Shown piece after piece: positions 1 through 12,500 of a stretch of DNA of 64,000 bases. The stretch spans positions 349,494,001 through 349,558,000 of the forward strand of contig OZ024742.1 in NCBI GenBank assembly GCA_964016885.1, read 5' to 3'. How positions within the stretch are numbered: position 1 is the stretch's first letter; each line of letters begins with the position of its first letter. The position numbers and the translations under genes were made by a program. The notes beneath the pieces are model-generated. The model was not told the DNA's origin. It was given only the letters and a program-made list of their open reading frames with translations, and ran no database searches. Origin of the DNA: Eledone cirrhosa (Eukaryota).

Positions 1-3000
1 CTAGACCCTTAGTTACCTTTAGTGGAGTTGATTCTGCTGCAAGTATTTAGCCCACCAATTACTAGACCTTTAGTTACCTTTAGTGGAGTTGATTCTGTTG
101 CAAGTATTTAGCCCACCAATTACTAGACCTTTAGTTACCTTTAGTGTAGTTGATTCTGCTGCAAGTATTTAGCCCACCAATTACCAGACCTTTAGTTACC
201 TTTAGTGGAGTTGATTCTGTTGCAAGTATTTAGCCCGCCAATTACTATACCTTTAGTTACCTTTAGTGTAGTTGATTCTGCTGCAAGTATTTAGCCCACC
301 AATTACCAGACCTTTAGTTACCTTTAGTGGAGTTGATTCTGCTGCAAGTATTTAGCCCACCAATTACTAGACCTTTAGTTACCTTTAGTGGAGTTGATTC
401 TGTTGCAAGTATTTAGCCCACCAATTACTAGACCTTTAGTTTCCTTTAGTGTAGTTGATTCTGTTGCAAGTATTTAGCCCACCAATTACTAGACCTTTAG
501 TTACCTTTAGTGGAGTTGATTCTGCTGCAAGTATTTAGCCCACCAATTACTAGACCTTTAGTTTCCTTTAGTGTAGTTGATTCTGTTGCAAGTATTTAGC
601 CCACCAATTACTAGACCTTTAGTTACCTTTAGTGGAGTTGATTCTGTTGCAAGTATATAGCCCACCAATTACTAGACCCTTAGTTACCTTTAGTGGAGTT
701 GATTCTGCTGCAAGTATTTAGCCCACCAATTACTAGACCTTTAGTTTCCTTTAGTGTAGTTGATTCTGTTGCAAGTATTTAGCCCACCAATTACTAGACC
801 TTTAGTTACCTTTAGTGGAGTTGATTCTGTTGCAAGTATTTAGCCCACCAATTACTAGACCTTTAGTTTCCTTTAGTGGAGTTGATTCTGTTGCAAGTAT
901 TTAGCCTACCAATTACTAGACCTTTAGTTTCCTTTAGTGGAGTTGATTCTGCTGCAAGTATTTAGCCCACCAATTACCAGACCTTTAGTTACCTTTAGTG
1001 GAGTTGATTCTGTTGCAAGTATTTAGCCCGCCAATTACTATACCTTTAGTTACCTTTAGTGTAGTTGATTCTGCTGCAAGTATTTAGCCCACCAATTACC
1101 AGACCTTTAGTTACCTTTAGTGGAGTTGATTCTGTTGCAAGTATTTAGCCCACCAATTACTAGACCTTTAGTTACCTTTAGTGGAGTTGATTCTGCTGCA
1201 AGTATTTAGCCCACCAATTACTAGACCTTTAGTTTCCTTTAGTGTAGTTGATTCTGTTGCAAGTATTTAGCCCACCAATTACTAGACCTTTAGTTACCTT
1301 TAGTGGAGTTGATTCTGTTGCAAGTATTTAGCCCACCAATTACTAGACCTTTAGTTTCCTTTAGTGGAGTTGATTCTGTTGCAAGTATTTAGCCCACCAA
1401 TTACTAGACCTTTAGTTTCCTTTAGTGGAGTTGATTCTGTTGCAAGTATTTAGCCCACCAATTACTAGACCTTTAGTTAGCTTTAGTGGAGTTGGTTCTG
1501 TTGCAAGTATTTAGCCCACCAATTATAGACCTTTAGTTTCCTTTAGTGGAGTTGATTCTGTTGCAAGTATTTAGCCCACCAATTACTAGACCCTTAGTTA
1601 CCTTTAGTGGAGTTGATTCTGCTGCAAGTATTTAGCCCACCAATTACTAGACCTTTAGTTTCCTTTAGTGTAGTTGATTCTGTTGCAAGTATTTAGCCCC
1701 CCAATTACTAGACCTTTAGTTACCTTTAGTGGAGTTGATTCTGTTGCAAGTATTTAGCCCACCAATTACTAGACCTTTAGTTTCCTTTAGTGGAGTTGAT
1801 TCTGTTGCAAGTATTTAGCCCACCAATTACTAGACCTTTAGTTTCCTTTAGTGGAGTTGATTCTGTTGCAAGTATTTAGCCCACCAATTACTAGACCTTT
1901 AGTTACCTTTAGTGGAGTTGATTCTGTTGCAAGTATTTAGCCCACCAATTACTAGACCTTTAGTTTCCTTTAGTGGAGTTGATTCTGTTGCAAGTATTTA
2001 GCACACCAATTACTAGACCCTTAGTTACCTTTAGTGGAGTTGATTCTGCTGCAAGTATTTAGCCCACCAATTACTAGACCTTTAGTTACCTTTAGTGGAG
2101 TTGATTCTGTTGCAAGTATTTAGCCCACCAATTACTAGACCCTTAGTTACCTTTAGTGGAGTTGATTCTGCTGCAAGTATTTAGCCCACCAATTACTAGA
2201 CCTTTAGTTACCTTTAGTGGAGTTGATTCTGTTGCAAGTATTTAGCCCACCAATTACTAGACCCTTAGTTACCTTTAGTGGAGTTGATTCTGCTGCAAGT
2301 ATTTAGCCCACCAATTACTAGACCTTTAGTTACCTTTAGTGGAGTTGATTCTGTTGCAAGTATTTAGCCCACCAATTACTAGACCTTTAGTTACCTTTAG
2401 TGTAGTTGATTCTGCTGCAAGTATTTAGCCCACCAATTACCAGACCTTTAGTTACCTTTAGTGGAGTTGATTCTGTTGCAAGTATTTAGCCCACCAATTA
2501 CTATACCTTTAGTTACCTTTAGTGTAGTTGATTCTGCTGCAAGTATTTAGCCCACCAATTACCAGACCTTTAGTTACCTTTAGTGGAGTTGATTCTGTTG
2601 CAAGTATTTAGCCCACCAATTACCAGACCTTTAGTTTCCTTTAGTGGAGTTGATTCTGTTGCAAGTATTTAGCCCACCAATTACCAGACCTTTAGTTACC
2701 TTTAGTGGAGTTGATTCTGTTGCAAGTATTTAGCCCACCAATTACTAGACCTTTAGTTACCTTTAGTGTAGTTGATTCTGTTGCAAGTATTTAGCCCACC
2801 AATTACTAGACCTTTAGTTACCTTTAGTGGAGTTGATTCTGCTGCAAGTATTTAGCCCACCAATTACTAGACCTTTAGTTTCCTTTAGTGTAGTTGATTC
2901 TGTTGCAAGTATTTAGCCCACCAATTACTAGACCTTTAGTTACCTTTAGTGGAGTTGATTCTGTTGCAAGTATTTAGCCCACCAATTACTAGACCCTTAG

Positions 3001-5722
3001 TTACCTTTAGTGGAGTTGATTCTGCTGCAAGTATTTAGCCCACCAATTACTAGACCCTTAGTTACCTTTAGTGGAGTTGGTTCTGTTGCAAGTATTTAGC
3101 CCACCAATTACTAGACCTTTAGTTTCCTTTAGTGTAGTTGATTCTGTTGCAAGTATTTAGCACACCAATTACTAGACCTTTAGTTTCCTTTAGTGGAGTT
3201 GATTCTGTTGCAAGTATTTAGCCCACCAATTACTAGACCTTTAGTTTCCTTTAGTGGAGTTGATTCTGTTGCAAGTATTTAGCCCACCAATTACCAGACC
3301 TTTAGTTTCCTTTAGTGGAGTTGATTCTGCTGCAAGTATTTAGCCCACCAATTACCAGACCTTTAGTTACCTTTAGTGGAGTTGGTTCTGTTGCAAGTAT
3401 TTAGCCCACCAATTACCAGACCTTTAGTTACCTTTAGTGGAGTTGGTTCTGTTGCAAGTATTTAGCCCACCAATTACTAGACCTTTAGTTTCCTTTAGTG
3501 GAGTTGATTCTGTTGCAAGTATTTAGCCCACCAATTACTAGACCTTTAGTTACCTTTAGTGGAGTTGATTCTGTTGCAAGTATTTAGCCCACCAATTACT
3601 AGACCCTTAGTAACATTTAGTGGAGTTGATTCTGCTGCAAGTATTTAGCCCACCAATTACTAGACCTTTAGTTACCTTTAGTGGAGTTGATTCTGTTGCA
3701 AGTATTTAGCCCACCAATTACTAGACCCTTAGTTACCTTTAGTGGAGTTGATTCTGCTGCAAGTATTTAGCCCACCAATTACTAGACCTTTAGTTACCTT
3801 TAGTGGAGTTGATTCTGTTGCAAGTATTTAGCCCACCAATTACTAGACCTTTAGTTACCTTTAGTGTAGTTGATTCTGCTGCAAGTATTTAGCCCACCAA
3901 TTACCAGACCTTTAGTTACCTTTAGTGGAGTTGATTCTGTTGCAAGTATTTAGCCCGCCAATTACTATACCTTTAGTTACCTTTAGTGTAGTTGATTCTG
4001 CTGCAAGTATTTAGCCCACCAATTACCAGACCTTTAGTTACCTTTAGTGGAGTTGATTCTGCTGCAAGTATTTAGCCCACCAATTACTAGACCTTTAGTT
4101 ACCTTTAGTGGAGTTGATTCTGTTGCAAGTATTTAGCCCACCAATTACTAGACCTTTAGTTTCCTTTAGTGTAGTTGATTCTGTTGCAAGTATTTAGCCC
4201 ACCAATTACTAGACCTTTAGTTACCTTTAGTGGAGTTGATTCTGCTGCAAGTATTTAGCCCACCAATTACTAGACCTTTAGTTTCCTTTAGTGTAGTTGA
4301 TTCTGTTGCAAGTATTTAGCCCACCAATTACTAGACCTTTAGTTACCTTTAGTGGAGTTGATTCTGTTGCAAGTATATAGCCCACCAATTACTAGACCCT
4401 TAGTTACCTTTAGTGGAGTTGATTCTGCTGCAAGTATTTAGCCCACCAATTACTAGACCTTTAGTTTCCTTTAGTGTAGTTGATTCTGTTGCAAGTATTT
4501 AGCCCACCAATTACTAGACCTTTAGTTACCTTTAGTGGAGTTGATTCTGTTGCAAGTATTTAGCCCACCAATTACTAGACCTTTAGTTTCCTTTAGTGGA
4601 GTTGATTCTGTTGCAAGTATTTAGCCTACCAATTACTAGACCTTTAGTTTCCTTTAGTGGAGTTGATTCTGCTGCAAGTATTTAGCCCACCAATTACCAG
4701 ACCTTTAGTTACCTTTAGTGGAGTTGATTCTGTTGCAAGTATTTAGCCCGCCAATTACTATACCTTTAGTTACCTTTAGTGTAGTTGATTCTGCTGCAAG
4801 TATTTAGCCCACCAATTACCAGACCTTTAGTTACCTTTAGTGGAGTTGATTCTGTTGCAAGTATTTAGCCCACCAATTACTAGACCTTTAGTTACCTTTA
4901 GTGGAGTTGATTCTGCTGCAAGTATTTAGCCCACCAATTACTAGACCTTTAGTTTCCTTTAGTGTAGTTGATTCTGTTGCAAGTATTTAGCCCACCAATT
5001 ACTAGACCTTTAGTTACCTTTAGTGGAGTTGATTCTGTTGCAAGTATTTAGCCCACCAATTACTAGACCTTTAGTTTCCTTTAGTGGAGTTGATTCTGTT
5101 GCAAGTATTTAGCCCACCAATTACTAGACCTTTAGTTTCCTTTAGTGGAGTTGATTCTGTTGCAAGTATTTAGCCCACCAATTACTAGACCTTTAGTTAG
5201 CTTTAGTGGAGTTGGTTCTGTTGCAAGTATTTAGCCCACCAATTATAGACCTTTAGTTTCCTTTAGTGGAGTTGATTCTGTTGCAAGTATTTAGCCCACC
5301 AATTACTAGACCCTTAGTTACCTTTAGTGGAGTTGATTCTGCTGCAAGTATTTAGCCCACCAATTACTAGACCTTTAGTTTCCTTTAGTGTAGTTGATTC
5401 TGTTGCAAGTATTTAGCCCCCCAATTACTAGACCTTTAGTTACCTTTAGTGGAGTTGATTCTGTTGCAAGTATTTAGCCCACCAATTACTAGACCTTTAG
5501 TTTCCTTTAGTGGAGTTGATTCTGTTGCAAGTATTTAGCCCACCAATTACTAGACCTTTAGTTTCCTTTAGTGGAGTTGATTCTGTTGCAAGTATTTAGC
5601 CCACCAATTACTAGACCTTTAGTTACCTTTAGTGGAGTTGATTCTGTTGCAAGTATTTAGCCCACCAATTACTAGACCTTTAGTTTCCTTTAGTGGAGTT
5701 GATTCTGTTGCAAGTATTTAGC
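1..5722. repeat. Duplicated block: 1-2002 repeated at 3721-5722 (offset 3720 = 61 monomers - 1 bp)
   Basis: Shared rare variants: CCCGCC (~237/3957 and ~1030/4750), GTATATAG (~657/4377), GCCTACC (~907/4627), GTTAGCTTT (~1480/5200), 1-bp deletion AATTATAGAC (1525/5245), GCCCCCCAA (~1700/5420). Identity breaks at 2003 vs 5723. Confidence 0.93.
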
Positions 5723-8700
5723 CCACCAATTACTAGACCTTTAGTTTCCTTTAGTGGAGTTGATTCTGTTGCAAGTATTTAGCCCACCAATTACTAGACC
5801 TTTAGTTACCTTTAGTGGAGTTGGTTCTGTTGCAAGTATTTAGCCCACCAATTACCAGACCTTTAGTTACCTTTAGTGGAGTTGGTTCTGTTGCAAGTAT
5901 TTAGCCCACCAATTACCAGACCTTTAGTTACCTTTAGTGGAGTTGGTTCTGTTGCAAGTATTTAGCCCACCAATTACTTGACCTTTAGTTTCCTTTAGTG
6001 GAGTTGATTCTGTTGCAAGTATTTAGCCCACCAATTACTAGACCTTTAGTTACCTTTAGTGGAGTTGATTCTGTTGCAAGTATTTAGCCCACCAATTACT
6101 AGACCCTTAGTTACCTTTAGTGGAGTTGATTCTGCTGCAAGTATTTAGCCCACCAATTACTAGACCTTTAGTTACCTTTAGTGGAGTTGATTCTGTTGCA
6201 AGTATTTAGCCCACCAATTACTAGACCCTTAGTTACCTTTAGTGGAGTTGATTCTGCTGCAAGTATTTAGCCCACCAATTACTAGACCTTTAGTTACCTT
6301 TAGTGGAGTTGATTCTGTTGCAAGTATTTAGCCCACCAATTACTAGACCTTTAGTTACCTTTAGTGTAGTTGATTCTGCTGCAAGTATTTTGCCCACCAA
6401 TTACCAGACCTTTAGTTACCTTTAGTGGAGTTGATTCTGTTGCAAGTATTTAGCCCACCAATTACTATACCTTTAGTTACCTTTAGTGTAGTTGATTCTG
6501 CTGCAAGTATTTAGCCCACCAATTACCAGACCTTTAGTTACCTTTAGTGGAGTTGATTCTGTTGCAAGTATTTAGCCCACCAATTACCAGACCTTTAGTT
6601 TCCTTTAGTGGAGTTGATTCTGTTGCAAGTATTTAGCCCACCAATTACCAGACCTTTAGTTACCTTTAGTGGAGTTGATTCTGTTGCAAGTATTTAGCCC
6701 ACCAATTACTAGACCTTTAGTTACCTTTAGTGTAGTTGATTCTGTTGCAAGTATTTAGCCCACCAATTACTAGACCTTTAGTTTCCTTTAGTGTAGTTGA
6801 TTCTGTTGCAAGTATTTAGCCCACCAATTACTATACCTTTAGTTACCTTTAGTCTAGTTGATTCTGTTGCAAGTATTTAGCCCACCAATTACTAGACCTT
6901 TAGTTACCTTTAGTGGAGTTGATTCTGCTGCAAGTATTTAGCCCACCAATTACTAGACCTTTAGTTTCCTTTAGTGTAGTTGATTGTGTTGCAAGTATTT
7001 AGCCCACCAATTACTAGACCTTTAGTTACCTTTAGTGGAGTTGATTCTGTTGCAAGTATTTAGCCCACCAATTACTAGACCCTTAGTTACCTTTAGTGGA
7101 GTTGATTCTGCTGCAAGTATTTAGCCCACCAATTACTAGACCTTTAGTTTCCTTTAGTGTAGTTGATTCTGTTGCAAGTATTTAGCCCACCAATTACTAG
7201 ACCTTTAGTTACCTTTAGTGGAGTTGATTCTGTTGCAAGTATTTAGCCCACCAATTACTAGACCCTTAGTTACCTTTAGTGGAGTTGATTCTGCTGCAAG
7301 TATTTAGCCCACCAATTACTAGACCCTTAGTTACCTTTAGTGGAGTTGGTTCTGTTGCAAGTATTTAGCCCACCAATTACTAGACCTTTAGTTTCCTTTA
7401 GTGTAGTTGATTCTGTTGCAAGTATTTAGCACACCAATTACTAGACCTTTAGTTTCCTTTAGTGGAGTTGATTCTGTTGCAAGTATTTAGCCCACCAATT
7501 ACTAGACCTTTAGTTTCCTTTAGTGGAGTTGATTCTGTTGCAAGTATTTAGCCCACCAATTACTAGACCTTTAGTTACCTTTAGTGGAGTTGGTTCTGTT
7601 GCAAGTATTTAGCCCACCAATTACTAGACCTTTAGTTTCCTTTAGTGGAGTTGATTCTGTTGCAAGTATTTAGCCCACCAATTACTAGACCTTTAGTTTC
7701 CTTTAGTGGAGTTGATTCTGTTGCAAGTATTTAGCCCACCAATTACTAGACCTTTAGTTTCCTTTAGTGGAGTTGATTCTGTTGCAAGTATTTAGCCCAC
7801 CAATTACTAGACCTTTAGTTTCCTTTAGTGGAGTTGATTCTCATGCAAGTATTTAGCCCACCAATTACTAGACCTTTAGTTTCCTTTAGTGGAGTTGATT
7901 CTGCTGCAAGTATTTAGCCCACCAATTACCAGACCTTTAGTTACCTTTAGTGGAGTTGGTTCTGTTGCAAGTATTTAGCCCACCAATTACCAGACCTTTA
8001 GTTACCTTTAGTGGAGTTGGTTCTGTTGCAAGTATTTAGCCCACCAATTACTAGACCTTTAGTTTCCTTTAGTGGAGTTGATTCTGTTGCAAGTATTTAG
8101 CCCACCAATTACTAGACCTTTAGTTACCTTTAGTGGAGTTGATTCTGTTGCAAGTATTTAGCCCACCAATTACTAGACCCTTAGTTACCTTTAGTGGAGT
8201 TGATTCTGCTGCAAGTATTTAGCCCACCAATTACTAGACCCTTAGTTACCTTTAGTGGAGTTGATTCTGCTGCAAGTATTTAGCCCACCAATTACTAGAC
8301 CTTTAGTTACCTTTAGTGGAGTTGATTCTGTTGCAAGTATTTAGCCCACCAATTACTAGACCTTTAGTTACCTTTAGTGTAGTTGATTCTGCTGCAAGTA
8401 TTTAGCCCACCAATTACCAGACCTTTAGTTACCTTTAGTGGAGTTGATTCTGTTGCAAGTATTTAGCCCACCAATTACTATACCTTTAGTTACCTTTAGT
8501 GTAGTTGATTCTGCTGCAAGTATTTAGCCCACCGATTACCAGACCTTTAGTTACCTTTAGTGGAGTTGATTCTTTTGCAAGTATTTAGCCCACCAATTAC
8601 TATACCTTTATTTACCTTTAGTGTAGTTGATTCTGCTGCAAGTATATAGCCCACCAATTACCAGACCTTTAGTTACCTTTAGTGGAGTTGATTCTGTTGC

Positions 8701-9575
8701 AAGTATTTAGCCCACCAATTACTAGACCTTTAGTTACCTTTAGTGTAGTTGATTCTGTTGCAATTATTTAGCCCACCAATTACTAGACCTTTAGTTACCT
8801 TTAGTGTAGTTGATTCTGCTGCAAGTATTTAGCCCACCAATTACCAGACCTTTAGTTACCTTTAGTGTAGTTGATTCAGTTGCAAGTATTTAGCCCACCA
8901 ATTACTATACCTTTAGTTACCTTTAGTGTAGTTGATTCTGCTGCAAGTATTTAGCCCACCAATTACCAGACCTTTAGTTACCTTTAGTGTAGTTGATTCT
9001 GTTGCAAGTATTTAGCCCACCAATTACTAGACCTTTAGTTACCTTTAGTGTAGTTGATTCTGTTGCAAGTATTTAGCCCACCAATTACTATACCTTTAGT
9101 TACCTTTAGTGTAGTTGATTCTGCTGCAAGTATTTAGCCCACCAATTACCAGACCTTTAGTTACCTTTAGTGGAGTTGATTCTGTTGCAAGTATTTAGCC
9201 CACCAATTACTAGACCTTTAGTTACCTTTAGTGTAGTTGATTCTGTTGCAAGTATTTAGCCCACCAATTACTAGACCTTTAGTTACCTTTAGTGTAGTTG
9301 ATTCTGCTGCAAGTATTTAGCCCACCAATTACTAGACCTTTAGTTACCTTTAGTGGAGTTGATTCTGTTGCAAGTATTTAGCCCACCAATTACTAGACCT
9401 TTAGTTACCTTTAGTGGAGTTGATTCTGTTGCAAGTATTTAGCCCACCAATTACTATACCTTTAGTTACCTTTAGTGTAGTTGATTTTGCTGCAAGTATT
9501 TAGCCCACCAATTACCAGACCTTTAGTTACCTTTAGTGTAGTTGATTCTGCTGCAAGTATTTAGCTCACCAATTA

Positions 9576-12500
9576 CTAGACCTTTAGTTACCTTTAGTGG
9601 AGTTGATTCTGTTGCAAGTATTTAGCTCACCAACTACTAGACCTTTAGTTACCTTCAGTGTTGTTGATTCTGCTTCAAGTTTTTAGCCGACCAATTACTA
9701 GACCTTTAGTTACCTTTAGTGAAGTTGATTCTGCTGCAAGTATTTAGCTCACCAATTACTAGACCTTTAGTTACCTTTAGTGGAGTTGATTCAGTTGCAA
9801 GTATTTACTCCACCAATTACTAGACCCTTAGTTACCTTCAGTGTAGTTGATTCTGCTGCAAGTATTTAGCCCACCAATTACTAGACCTTTAGTTACCTTT
9901 AGTGTAGTTGATTCTGCTGCAAGTATTTAGCTCACCAATTACCAGACCTTTAGTTACCTTTAATGTAGTTGATTCTGTTGCAAGTATTTAGCTCACCAAT
10001 TACTAGACCTTTATTTACCTTCAGTGTTGTTGATTCTGCTGCAAGTTTTTAGCCGACCAATTACTAGACCCTTAGTTACCTTTAGTGTAGTTGATTCTGC
10101 TGCAAGTATTCAGCTCACCAATTACTAGACCTTTAGTTACCTTTAGTGTAGTTGATTCTGCTGCAAGTATTTAGCTCACCAATTACTAGACCTTTAGTTA
10201 CCTTTAGTGTAGTTGATTCTGTTGCAAGTATTTAGCCCACCAATTACCAGACCTTTAGTTACCTTTAATGTAGTTGATTCTGTTGCAAGTATTTAGCCGA
10301 CCAATTACTAGACCTTTAGTTACCTTTAGTGGAGTTGATTCTGTTGCAAGTATTTAGCCCACCAATTACTAGACCTTTAGTTACCTTTAGTGTAGTTGAT
10401 TCTGCTGCAAGTATTTAGCCCACCAATTACTAGACCTTTAGTTACTTTTAGTGTAGTTGATTCTGTTGCAAGTATTTAGCCCACCAATTACTAGACCCTT
10501 AGTTACCTTCAGTGGAGTTGATTCTGCTGCAAATATTTAGCCTACCAATTACTAGACCTTTAGTTACCTTCAGTGGAGTTGATTCTGTTGCAAGTATTTA
10601 GCCCACCAATTACTAGACCCTTAGTTACCTTCAGTGGAGTTGATTCTGTTGCAAGTATTTAGCCCACCAATTACTAGACCCTTAGTTACCTTCAGTGGAG
10701 TTGATTCTGCTGCAAATATTTAGCCTACCAATTACTAGACGTTTAGTTACCTTCAGTGGAGTTGATTCTGTTGCAAGTATTTAGCCCACCAATTACTAGA
10801 CCCTTAGTTACCTTCAGTGGAGTTGATTCTGCTGCAAATATTTAGCCCACCAATTACCAGACCTTTAGTTACCTTCAGTGGAGTTGATTCTGTTGCAAGT
10901 ATTTAGCCCACCAATTACTAGACCTTTAGTTACCTTCAGTGGAGTTGATTCTGCTGCAAGTATTTAGCCCACCAATTACTAGACCCTTAGTTACCTTCAG
11001 TGGAGTTGATTCTGTTGCAAGTATTTAGCCCACCAATTACTAGACCCTTAGTTACCTTCAGTGGAGTTGATTCTGTTGCAAGTATTTAGCCCACCAATTA
11101 CTAGACTTTTAGTTACCTTTAGTGTAGTTGATTCTGTTGCAAGTATTTAGCCAACCAATTACTAGACCTTTAGTTACCTTTAGTGTAGTTGATTCTGTTG
11201 CAAGTATTTAGCCAACCAATTACTAGACCTTTAGTTACCTCTAGTGTACTTGATTCTGTTGCAAGTTTTTAGCCCACCAATTACCAGACCTTTAGTTACC
11301 TTTAATGTAGTTGATTCTGCTGCAAGTATTTAGGCCACCAATTACCAAACCTTTAGTTACCTTTAGTGGAGTTGATTCTGCTGCAAGTATTTAGCCCACC
11401 AATTACCAGACCTTTAGTTACCTTTAGTGTAGTTGATTCTGTTGCAAGTATTTAGCCCACCAATTACTAGACCTTTAGTTACCTTTAGTGTAGTTGATTC
11501 TGCTGCAAGTATTTAGCCCACCAATTACTAGACCTTTAGTTACCTTTAGTGTAGTTGATTCTGCTGCAAGTATTTAGCCCACCAATTACTAGACCTTTAG
11601 TTACCTTTAGTGGAGTTGATTCTGTTGCAAGTATTTAGCTCACCAACTACTAGACCTTTAGTTACCTTCAGTGTTGTTGATTCTGCTTCAAGTTTTTAGC
11701 CGACCAATTACTAGACCTTTAGTTACCTTTAGTGAAGTTGATTCTGCTGCAAGTATTTAGCTCACCAATTACTAGACCTTTAGTTACCTTTAGTGGAGTT
11801 GATTCAGTTGCAAGTATTTACTCCACCAATTACTAGACCCTTAGTTACCTTCAGTGTAGTTGATTCTGCTGCAAGTATTTAGCCCACCAATTACTAGACC
11901 TTTAGTTACCTTTAGTGTAGTTGATTCTGCTGCAAGTATTTAGCTCACCAATTACCAGACCTTTAGTTACCTTTAATGTAGTTGATTCTGTTGCAAGTAT
12001 TTAGCTCACCAATTACTAGACCTTTATTTACCTTCAGTGTTGTTGATTCTGCTGCAAGTTTTTAGCCGACCAATTACTAGACCCTTAGTTACCTTTAGTG
12101 TAGTTGATTCTGCTGCAAGTATTCAGCTCACCAATTACTAGACCTTTAGTTACCTTTAGTGTAGTTGATTCTGCTGCAAGTATTTAGCTCACCAATTACT
12201 AGACCTTTAGTTACCTTTAGTGTAGTTGATTCTGTTGCAAGTATTTAGCCCACCAATTACCAGACCTTTAGTTACCTTTAATGTAGTTGATTCTGTTGCA
12301 AGTATTTAGCCGACCAATTACTAGACCTTTAGTTACCTTTAGTGGAGTTGATTCTGTTGCAAGTATTTAGCCCACCAATTACTAGACCTTTAGTTACCTT
12401 TAGTGTAGTTGATTCTGCTGCAAGTATTTAGCCCACCAATTACTAGACCTTTAGTTACTTTTAGTGTAGTTGATTCTGTTGCAAGTATTTAGCCCACCAA

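Noticed and set aside
8-50. Telomere-derived repeat (TTTAG resembles TTTAGGG/TTAGG)
   Set aside because: TTTAG is followed by TT, TG or CC and not GGG, and there are no tandem telomeric units. A remote origin cannot be excluded but is unsupported.
1-3721. Duplication offset of 61 monomers of 61 bp as a meaningful number
   Set aside because: Other offsets are 11, 15, 18, 26, 30, 33, 34, 37, 38, 41, 49, 68 and 71 monomers, so the match is coincidental.
1-9500. Open minus-strand frame under a TAA/TAG-reassigned (ciliate-type) code, since the minus consensus has no TGA
   Set aside because: Absence of TGA in a 61-mer is unremarkable. Each base would be read in all three codon positions, so no codon-level constraint is visible. 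The common GCTCACC and CTTCAG variants introduce minus-strand TGA from ~9.5 kb onward. Nothing indicates such a host.
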